A DNA stretch of 64,000 nt, taken from the NCBI GenBank assembly GCA_965285935.1, contig OZ260661.1, positions 91,760,001 through 91,824,000 of the forward strand, given 5' to 3'. The DNA comes from Ophelia neglecta. Lineage: Eukaryota. Below the pieces are notes generated by a model. It made no database searches, was not told the origin of the DNA, and worked only from the letters and a program-made list of their open reading frames with translations. This document shows, piece by piece, positions 53,301-64,000 of this stretch (its first letter is position 1; each line of letters starts with the position of its first letter). The position numbers were made by a program, and so were the translations under genes.

Positions 53301-55105
53301 GAGATACCAATGGGTTTTTGTATTCTGGGCAGCGCAGCGTGGCAGAATCGCCCCTCGGGTGTGCACTGAATGAAGCCTTTTCGTACCCTGTTAAGGGAAG
53401 CACCATTCGAAAATGGGAGAGGTGGGGGTGGGGAGGCGGCTATAAGAATAATTTGAAACAAGCTTTTTCTTCTTAAATTTTATCGTAAACGCGCAATTAT
53501 CTTTCGAAATTAGTCGCGGCCAGTTGTTTTGGGAAAAACCAAACTTTACCGCAGCACCACAGCTTTGCGCGGATTAACTGGTAACTGAAACGAAGTTATG
53601 GATTGGGAATCGAACCGGCTATTTATGACGAAACATGACAGGTTGTAGCCCTGTGGATTGATTGTTGACTCGATGTTGGCCCTAATGATGTCTCGGCGAT
53701 GCGTCTGTAAGTCATGGGATCGACGTATGTTTTTAATTCTATAACTTCTATGCCGTCGGAGTACTTTCAGAGGGATTATCTGTGCCTCAGAATTAACCCG
53801 CTACACGGTTTACCTAATGGTCGTTCAACGTACTTGTCCTTCTTAGATCGAATGCAAGTTGTCGTCTGGTGAGCAATGGAAGCATTAAACGTACCAAGAA
53901 GAATAATGTACATGGTCCTTGGCGACGGTAACAAAAAAACATATTTCAATGCAGCTCCACTCCCCTGTACTTTCTGACCATGTCCAATCTCATCAGCAAG
54001 TATGACTTGTTAAAACAATCGACTATAATTTTCTACCCTGCATGGTTAGTTACAACCGGTCGGTGATACATTTGGTCTGATAGAAACCTCTCAAAGGCTG
54101 AAAGTTAGAACAATAAATATCTTGATGCAAGGAATTTGCTTTTTTGATTGGTATAGCTCTAGAACAATCGCATGTTTTACTTTGGAGTAGAAGGGAGCTA
54201 CTGTCGGATTTATGAGGTTACAAAAATAATGTAAAACCCCCCGTCAATGGGTGTGGGATGTGCGCCTCGGGGAAGGATCAATTCTTCTTCCCAGAGGTTT
54301 TGTGTTTGCTTTTTATTTTGCTAACGTTATCCTAGTATTATTCTTTGCTAGAATGATTTTGAAATATCAGCCTTGTGTCTTATCCTGGGCTTCTATAACC
54401 ATAAATCCATCAACGGTCATAAAAACTGGTAAATATCTTATTTTATCCCTGTTATGACATTATAATTCTAGTTATTGCTAAAACACGCTAGGGAAGGGTT
54501 GGGGACGGAGGGTGATTGCGTAGGTGTCTATGTTATTGTATGTGTGTGTGTGGGGGGGGGGGGATACCAAGACAACACCAATCGTCTTCAATACAATTTC
54601 TAGCATCATCCTCTCACCAAAATGGCAGAGTGGTTGGCTTTTCCCTTAATATGTTTAGCGGACCCAAGAAATATATCTCACACTTACTCACTGTTTAATT
54701 GTATTGTTTGGACAATTGACTGTGTTGTTTGATCTATGTGCTGTCCCGATTAGTTTAGTAATAAGTATAAGTGTTTTTCAAACTTGTATATCTTTAAAGA
54801 ACAAAAGCATACGACCATGTTCCGATTGATCCCCATTAAAGATATTCCAAATTCCCTCGAATTCTGTATGAGCAAATGGTACAGCTAGGCAATTATAGGC
54901 ATTACGCTATTACTAAATTAGTGTCCTTTGATTGCTACCAAGGCTAGTGACAAAACTCAAAAGATCAAGAATGTATTTTAATATACGAGACATTAACTTT
55001 ATAATACGAATGTCAACTTATACTGTAAAACTCATATAGATAACTTTACATTAGAATTAATAGAATTAGAATTTGCAAGAAATGTTACTTGTACGCTATT
55101 TAATA

Positions 55106-55282
55106 CAGTGGTCCCTGCGATGTAGGGCCACCCCTATATCCAAGGAAAAGTGGCCCTACATTGCAGGTGACCCTTCATTGGAAGTACTTTAACATGGCAA
55201 AGATAGGACATGGGAATTCAAACATTGGCCTGTCATCGCAGGCGCCCTTCATTGGAGGGGCCCTACATCGCAGGGACCACTG
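55106..55282. mobile_element. Intact Tc1/mariner (pogo/Tigger-type) MITE, 177 bp
   Basis: 24-bp perfect TIR CAGTGGTCCCTGCGATGTAGGGCC; TA target duplication at 55104-55105 and 55283-55284. Confidence 0.92.
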
Positions 55283-58261
55283 TAACTAACTAAATAGCTA
55301 CTTGGTGCCTAGATGATATTTTAAACTGATATGAACACATAAATCATGCGAAATCTAAAAATTAAAATCTTAAGGCACAGGTATTCTGTCTGAAGCAATT
55401 TTTAAATTCTTTAACATTGAGAACTGTATTTTACATTATCTACCTTTATCTCAAGTGGTTTTTTGAGGTTTGGGGTCGTGCTTCTGTGCCCAAAATGACA
55501 TCTCTTCCTGTGATCTAAAAAACGAATCAGAAAAATTATTAAGTCTGCGCCTTTCAATTGCCCAACTGAACAATTGTATAAACATTTTAATGTACTTCCT
55601 GTAATAAAAATGAACATCTATTCGGTGTGTAGTTTTATGTACAAGTTTTCAAATGGTCAACTCCCATCCCTGTTTCGTGACTTTAAACATGTTAAAGGCT
55701 GTTTATGCCTCTATCCTTAATCATTCCACTAGGCAAAGCCATCTTTCTACATGTACATATTCCTTGACCTACTGCTACTGCAAGATGTTAAAATCATGCA
55801 AATAAAGTTTCACCCAATGCGACCGAGATTTCAGAAGAGCGATTCCAATACACTGCTTTATACCCAGGTTCATATAATTTCATAAATTTATATCGTGCTC
55901 AATTTAATACAAGTAAAAGGTTTGCTTAATTAAAACCGAATTTACGAACCCGTGCATACGACGTTAAAAAAATGCCTTGTTCAGTTGAGAGACAACGACA
56001 ATTAAATCATGCAGAGACAGTTATTGTCCTTGGTACAAATAATGAGTGGTGTACTATACAGAGGCGCACAACACATGTAAAGTCATAATTCTGCTGTAGC
56101 GGGGTAGGAGGTATAATCTCCGTCGTATTCATTCCGTGCACCCTATACACAAGTTTTGGTTTAAACATATTTATTTATATAATTTGGATTTTACAGAAGC
56201 CAAGGGCTTAAAAAGGTAATTTCCAAATAAATCATTGAGACATTTTTCAGAAATATGCGCGGGATAAAAAATTAGATGATTATATTAGAATAGGGATTTA
56301 CTATGCCTCTACTTAACTGACATTAGGTGCGATTTGTCTGCTAAGTCACTAAGTCCAAAACACCAAGAAACTGGCAAGTAGGCAGCGAGCGATACGATGC
56401 GACATGCTAAGACAATAAAAAGTATAATCAATATATTTAACAATCATAACAGATTTTTAACTAGAATAACAAATCTGAATGCACTTAATAATATATTCTT
56501 TAATTGATTTGGTGGGTCGCCAGAAGATCAATAATTCTGTTGGCTATTGACATCAAATCTTTGGCACGATTCTTTAACTGCAGGAATGATTTAACGGCTT
56601 TTAATCTCACAAGGAACCAGCCCATATGAAATTGATGATAATGATAATAAATGTCAGGTTCGCCTTTAGCAAGTCCTCCAGAAGCCATAACAGCAAAGGA
56701 GCTCTTTGTTAAATTCAAGCTAATTCATATCATGTTATCGTTGCTCAAAATTGAATACACGTTTAGATGTTAAACCATTCATGCCAGCAAGACCCAGATG
56801 GATCTATATCGACTTGAAAGGTTGCACTAGAAATTAATCTATTGATTTCCGTGATAACAAAAGCCCCTTCAGTAGATTGTCCATCACTCAAACGATTTGT
56901 CTCCATAGTTTTTACCAGAATCAATTAAAGGACTATAAAGAAATGGGAATATCAGATTCTTATGACCTCGCACAAGGCATGCGCGTAGCTAGGTAACGTT
57001 CAAGATATTTGAGCTTTGCATAAAGGTAATTTCTAAGTTCTTTGCAGTCTACACACTCTTTTATAAGATATTTTGACACATGGATGTAACACGACCATCG
57101 TAGTACAAGAACGTTGACAACAGGAAGACTTCAGAAACATCTTTCCAATCGTTACGCCAAAAATATCATTATTTTTACATGACAGTAGAGATTGGCGAGA
57201 CAAGGTAGACAACAGGAAGCATTTGCTTGGATTAAAAGAAATATTTAGATTATGAATTTCTTATCGTATGATTCTATGAGAAGAGGATAAATAAATGAAG
57301 AACAAACTAAAGCAAAGCGATGACAAGCCATCCCCGCATTGTCATTGAATATTCACACTCCCTCCCCTTACTTTCAGTGATACTGTAACACTTGTATTTT
57401 TTACAACATAATGATACACTGCATTCAAATTAACGCCATTTAAATTAGAGCAACGGACATCATAAGTCATTACAATACACTGCACTTATCATTGTATTTC
57501 CTCTGCATGGTAAACTGCATGACCATTTTGGGATAAAATACAAATTTTGGCCCCTCCCTTTGGAATGTTTTCAGGTAAGTCGGAGCAAAACACTCCCTGA
57601 CCCAAATACACTAAAGGGCAAAGAGCGTTTGTGCTATGAATTGTACTCAACATTAGGCCTCCAAGAAGCCTAGCTTCGGTTCCCGTGCTCTATTTCATTC
57701 CCTCCACCTGTCAGTTACAGTTCAGACACCGCGTGTTAGTCCCTAGCTACCAAAGAGAAAAAGATAATGTCAGCTAATCCCCGGACCCCCCCCCCCCCCC
57801 TCCCTTCTGGCTGTGAGTATAGCCGTAGGCCAAGTCGTCCGCTCTTTAAATGTTATAAGCCATGTAAATGTCTTTAAACACGTAGGCCCATACAATTCTG
57901 TCTTTTCATGGTAGAAAATTATATTTTTAGGAAGGCTAAGTGCCACTAGACTAAACATTACCTCGAGAACATTGTGTTTGTACAGTGTGTCTGAGTCCGT
58001 GAAATACCAATGGCGGATTATCCTTGTATGGAGCAGAGCACGTGCAAACCATAAACATGGCGCAAAAAAGCGGGACTACGCCTAAAGCAGAAAAGGGTAT
58101 ATAAAAGAAGAAAATGCCAGGTAAATGTTCCGCAAATGACTTTTTGCTATCTATTCTGAATGCTGCAGAGCTGTGTAGCTACTTATAGTTCGTCCCCTAA
58201 TGCAAAAACCTAGGCAAAAGTCTGCCTAACAAGACGGATTACCGGGTTGACACATTTGGTA

Positions 58262-58620
58262 TATTGATTTTGATTTTTAAAGGGCGAAAAAGGCCCAAAA
58301 ATCTCCGAACTTTGTAATTTTTGGGCCCATGGAGAGTTGAATGGTGGCCTTAGGGTTTGGGTGGATTGCGTAGTTTGGCCATAACCTTATTCGATTTTTG
58401 ATTTTCAATGGGCGAAAATGGGCCAAATATCGCCGAATTTTGTAATTTTTGGTCAGAAATTTGTTTTAGGGGTCATGGAGAGTTGAATGGGGGCGTTCTT
58501 TTTTGGGTGGATTGCGTAGTTGGGCCATTTCCTTATTCGATTTTGATTTTCAATGGGCGAAAATGGGCCAAAAATCGCGTGATTTTGATTCTTTTTGGCC
58601 AGAAATGATCACTAGGGGTC
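58262..58620. repeat. Diverged ~130-150-bp direct repeat, ~2.5 copies
   Basis: Recurring TTTTGATTTTCAATGGGCGAAAATGGGCCAAA and CATGGAGAGTTGAATGG...TTTGGGTGGATTGCGTAGTT blocks. Confidence 0.85.
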
Positions 58621-59671
58621 ATAAATAGTAATTTTGTGTGCTTAGATTTCGGTTGGTAGGTTTATTTTGAAAAAGGAACCAAGAACTGGAATAAGGAAAA
58701 AGCTTGTGTTTCCCTTTCTAATTCGAACTGGGAACTAGGGACTAGTTAATCATTTGAGTCTGCTAGACGGGCAGGTATTTCGTACAGGTAAATAATGAAC
58801 ATGTCCTAATAGTAGACCGAATAAGGGGTGCTAAGTATAGTGGTTAAACAGGCAATTACATATCCATGCCCAGAATTAAGTTGAATTGCATGTCTTAATT
58901 GAATTAATGAATAAACTGGGCTGTAGACGTACTATATTATGTATAATGTATTTCTTTCCATAAATTAATCATACATCCTGCCCTCAGAAACATCATTGAC
59001 ATAAAATCATGTTTATACATTAGGGCCTAATGCTTATTTTGTGAATGCCGAATTGTAGGTAGCAATGATCCAACTCCGGGCCCGTCAACCGTAATGATAA
59101 ACAACGATAACGGAGCCCCAAGGTGACCCACCGCCGCCAATTCAGGCGTGGCCTCGGCTGCAATCAAGTAGGAGAGGGCACGCTCCTATTCATACTAACT
59201 ACTTGCATTATGATAGAAATATTTACTCAATTTAAAATAGTATCAACTTGATAGATATTACCATTTACTTTTCTTTAATGATATCATTTTCGTTCATCAT
59301 AATAGTTACTTGTTTTCAAATGAATAACGATGCAGCTCGAGGTAATTTGGAAGTTGCTATTTAGTAATTAAACAAATAATTGGCTCGTTTACTGCCACGT
59401 GACCGAAAGATTGTGCCCGTATATAAGGACAGAAAATAACTTCACACTAACCTAGCTCTCACCGCGATGTTCTTCCGAGTAACCTTGGTCTCGATGGGAT
59501 ACCTGGAGGTACTTTTTGGGCCCGAGATTACCGGTGATGCCTGCCAGACCCGGGGCGCCTCTGGACTGGGGAGAAGGCCCGGTGAGTCTTGCTCTAGGCC
59601 TATACTTTGTTTTCGGCCAGCACCTAACCTATAGCTGCAAATAGTGTTAGTATAATGGTGCATGCTAATGT

Positions 59672-59782
59672 GTCTATCTTACCTAATACAAACCTTGATG
59701 GACCTATCTTACCTAATACAAACCTGTATGGAAGCTAATACAACCTTCTAAACCTAAGTGTGCCTATCGTACTTGGTACAAA
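59672..59782. repeat. ~30-bp degenerate tandem repeat (CTATCTTACCTAATACAAACC)
   Basis: 2 near-exact and 2 decayed copies. Confidence 0.7.
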
Positions 59783-59843
59783 CTGAGAGAGGATATTATA
59801 ATCACCTTCGATTATTGTGTAAGTGCACGAAGTACAGTTCCAG

Positions 59844-59939
59844 ACCTCAGCCTCGTAACCACTGCCTCCTGATCTAAGCCTCCTGATCTCAGCCTCCTGA
59901 CCTCAGCCTCCTGACCTCAGCCTCCTAGCCATATCCTCC
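59844..59939. repeat. 14-bp tandem repeat (CCTCAGCCTCCTGA), ~6-7 copies
   Basis: Directly visible. Confidence 0.85.
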
Positions 59940-61613
59940 AAGAACAGGGAACCTGGCCTGAAAAAAAGTAAAACAAACATAGCGAGAAGACATGACCGAC
60001 AGTACGCATAAAACGAATAGCAATTAATTCAATACAAAAAACTTTACCTTGGAATGTTTAAAACGGTCTTTCCATTGTGCTCGAAAGTAGTAAAACTGCA
60101 AATCCATACTGGTGAAAAACCGAAAACTGCCATTCCATACTGATCAAAATGCGACAAACTGGATAAGTCAAAATATGCGGAATATTCTCGGGTGTGTATT
60201 ACGTGCGCTTTGTAACACCGAACTAAAATTACTATACGCGCCCGCGCGCAAACAGCAAAATAATATGATACATTTCCTTCATTGAATGAAATGTCGGGAC
60301 ATTCATTTGTGAACATCTTTATTTAATAACCTCACTTTTTTCCGGTTCATCGTATTGCACCTGTCAGTAGAAACACTGACTACTGTCAGATGGTTTTGCA
60401 CATTGCGGATAAATGTTTTTTTGTCACCATGGTAATGTTCAGAACGAATCTAATGGACGACGGGAGAAGGAAGGGGGGCCAGTGAACGCCTCAAGAGCCA
60501 ACACTTCAACAAGAAAGGCAGGAGGGCTTACGAAACGTTCTCTCAATATCATGAATACAACATTCAAACTACATAGATGACATTAAGATGAAAATAAATC
60601 TGAAAAAAATACATAGGATTGCACATTATAGAATAACAAACTAAATATAAGAGATTTGCGCAACTATCAATTGGAAATGTTTATAATGACCATCCATATT
60701 GGAGAAATATTTTTAATTTTTTTATTACCTTTATTATGGTTGCAGATTAGTTAAGGTTTTATTTTCTAGTAAGAGATGAAGAAATTTCTTCTTGAAATTT
60801 TTGCTTACATTCATTTATAATATACTAATATCATGTGAAATAAGTCAAAATGTCTTTACACCGATAGATATAGGGCTTGTACATATATAAAAGACTTATA
60901 ATTTTAAACATGGAAAATTCATATTATAAGATCCCTTAAGTATATAGGCCTTCAAGACTGAAAAGCTGATAATTTTATTTTATTTTTCATGTTTTTAATC
61001 GAAGTCCATAATTCTGCCAATTTAATTCAATTCGACGGTAAATTTGACATTCTTTCAATACGCAAAAATAGTGAATATGTGCGACAAATTCACGCATAAA
61101 AAAGCTGTGCCCACATTTTTTGCTGCATGTATTTGCCACTTGCTTTTCAGTATATGACCTGTGCATACATACGAGACGTACAAGCTGATGCCAAAGTGAC
61201 ACTGCAGTACCAGATGATAGACCGAAGGGCCATAGCCCCTAAGAGCCTTGTTGCCTGGTATAGTAGTAGTCCGAGTGCATTGACTTGTCCGTAACTCCAT
61301 GTCACATGAAAGTATTGTAGCGTACATACATATGAAGCATTTTAAAACATAGCATTGTGTTAGATACATTCACAGTATGGGGAAGGGGAGGAAGGGGGAG
61401 GGACTAATAGCAAAGTCTAAAAATCCAACCAGAACAACGACCTTAATTAAAATTAATGATTATTAAATACCAGTAATACACAATTAGTGCACATGCACGC
61501 CCAGAAGTCGTTGGCACCTAGATATGAATACTCAAGTAAACCCTGTCATGTCCTACAATCAGGAAACCGTTCGATGCCGGTCAGCTCGGGCCTTCCACCT
61601 GTCAACAACAGTC

Positions 61614-61729
61614 CATCACCCTAGCACTGTGAGCATCACCCTAACACTGTGAGCATCACCCCAACACATCACTCTAACACTGTGAGCATCACCCTAACAC
61701 TGTGAGCATCACCATTACCCTGTGAGCAT
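61614..61729. repeat. 20-bp tandem repeat (CATCACCCTAACACTGTGAG), ~6 copies
   Basis: Directly visible; one unit is internally deleted. Confidence 0.9.
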
Positions 61730-63582
61730 GATAACGCCTCGACATAACATGATAAGTGGGTGCTTCAGACTTCAGTCGTTATATTCTTTTCTAAGTTTAA
61801 ATCATATGTACAGGGATCATGCGTGAACCTCTACGCCTAAATCATATGGCCTTGAGATATACGATATTCTATATACTTCATATAGTTTACAGTGGTCTTA
61901 AACTAGTCTCCATTCATATGGATTATGTCTAATTAGGCACATCTGCTTTGGTGGTCTGCCCATAAACCTACCAGTCAAATGTTATAGTTGATTTACACTG
62001 TTTGCCACACAATAATAGGCAATTTGATTTTTTTTTGGTTGCCACACGAATATAGACAACTCCTTTATTAGACCAATCTACACTAGGTATAACCGAGATT
62101 AGGCGAATCGTACTACATTTCTGAGTTTTCAATTTCTTTGTTCATATGTAGGCCCTGGGGCAATGCAATTTAAGGTCATGCAGCAAACAAATTAGACTCT
62201 CTGGCTAATCAAATTTAGACCCTGGGGCAATTACCTGTTTGCCTTGGAGCTATTAAATTGAAGCCCTGTGTCAGTGATAGTTTTGGTTCTCCAACAATAA
62301 AAAATTTGGACATTGAACCGTGAACTCTAGGTCTATGAAATTTAGACCATAATGAGTACACCAGAGGAAAATTTCGAGCTCCATTTCTGCTGGAGAGACA
62401 TTGGCCCTATGTAGTCTGTAAAAGACGGTCCTAGGTATTTACGGACTGAATTTGGCTAAAAAGGGCTGAGATATAGGCTCGAGTAGGGCTAAAGGCCCCT
62501 GTGGAGCAGTAAATTGGTGGGCGTTTAGGTGTAGCCTCCAGTTGGAGGCCTACTCCACCAGCCCAGTCAGTTCAGCACGGAGCTCGTTCCAGTTATCGGT
62601 TTGGAGGGAGGCAGCGACCTTGGAATCGTTGGCGACAATTTAGACATTTTTTATCGGCCCAAGACCCTACAGGGTACGCTGCCGCTCACCTCACCCCAGA
62701 CAGGGAAGGTGCCTTTCACTGCGCTCTCCTTCTCACATAATGACCACTCGATCCACTAATAAAGCAGTAAAATCATCACCTCAACAAGTTCTGGGCATTT
62801 ATGTGCACTGCCTAGCTCTACATTAAAGCCATCATCCAGCGTTACGGTCCACTGATCTCGAGCTCCCGAGTAGGTTTGGACGATCCAGAGCATCCTGAAG
62901 CATATCCAGGTCAGCAGCTTGTCAACAACAAGTTTGCCGTCTTATATAAAATAATTCAACACACGGAAGACTTTGCTTGCGATACGACCGGTTTAGTAAA
63001 CATTAAAGATGATTTCACAGTGAACTTACCGTTGAAGCTATATACATGGAAGTAAGAATAAATAAATGATGTGAAAAACACTAAAAAGGGCACTAAATGT
63101 GCGTCTCTACGGTGGGTGCAAAAGCGAAAGATATTACACATGCTGTATTTCGATATGGATGAAGGGCGGGGAGGGGGGGGGGGGGGACTCATGAATGCAT
63201 CCAAATGTTTCTGCTACCAAATTTTAAGAAGGCAAAAAGTCATGGGTCAAGAAAACAGGGGAAAAGCCCATTACTTTTCGTCAAAAATCGGTAAATAATT
63301 ACATATGATGCCGCACGCAGGGACGTAAGCATGGAAACTTTATCATAAGCCAAATTAAAGGGCGACCAACTTCTTATTTTTGATTGACTTGGCTATTTTG
63401 TTTTAGGGAACCCACGTATAGAGACTCACATTGTAAGTATACTAGTACGTTACCTCCTACGTCACAGGGACACGGCCGTCATCCACTTACCTCGCTGTTC
63501 CACCATACAATAATTAAATGACGGTAGTTAACATAATGATCAGTTATCCATTCCTAGATATACTATATCACTTCCTCTATTA

Positions 63583-63880
63583 ATTAAATGTTCATAATCA
63601 CTTGCCAGATTATTTTAAGGTACACCTCGATAATAATGTTCCGTTATCCATTACTACATATATGTTTGTTCTGGGCGTCAGGTCTTTAATCACTTCTCAT
63701 ATTTATTAAATGTTCATAATCACTTGCTAGATTATTTTAAGGTACACCTCGATAATAATGTTCCGTTATCCATTACTACATATATGTTTGTTCTGGGCGT
63801 TAGGTCTTTAATCACTTCCTATATTTATTAAATGTTCATAATCACTTGCTAGATTATTTTAAGGTACACCTCGATAATAA
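63583..63880. repeat. 122-bp tandem repeat, ~2.4 near-identical copies
   Basis: ATTAAATGTTCATAATCACTTGC starts at 63583, 63705 and 63827 (period 122). Confidence 0.95.
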
Positions 63881-64000
63881 GTCCTTCTTCATTATTGCTG
63901 TAGGGTAATTATCGGTTCTACGTCCGAAGTCATTTAATAATTCAATAATGTATAGGCCTAGATGTAGGTACACAGGTGTTGGGACAGACGCCTGTTAGTA

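Noticed and set aside
53600-53625. Reverse B-box-like GGTTCGATTCCC suggesting a tRNA or SINE
   Set aside because: No A-box at suitable spacing and no cloverleaf pairing.

Overview
AT-rich animal genomic DNA; the gene structure and repeat content suggest a marine invertebrate, but the taxon cannot be fixed from this window. There are no prokaryotic features such as operons, CRISPR arrays or rRNA. Two spliced protein-coding genes, both on the + strand, can be rebuilt by hand with GT-AG introns and consistent phases. (1) The 3' ~2270 codons (11 exons, 10-9477) of a very large non-classical cadherin: at least 19 EC repeats, a membrane-adjacent non-EC domain containing RRLL, one TM helix, and a short tail ending in a WW-like motif and a class I PDZ-binding end (-THV). 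(2) A complete 229-aa EF-hand Ca2+-binding protein (4 coding exons, 25894-30541) with an N-terminal MGCxxSK acylation motif, 4 canonical EF-hands and 2 degenerate ones. The rest is intergenic or intronic: decayed LINE fragments, MITEs, minisatellites (one 26-bp array carries a splice-donor consensus in every unit), a probable histone H1-like pseudogene and a degenerate minimal hammerhead-like motif. I see no strong evidence of a complete new multi-gene system. The best leads are the cadherin's unusual membrane-proximal and cytoplasmic modules, the acylated six-EF-hand protein and a few RNA-level motifs.
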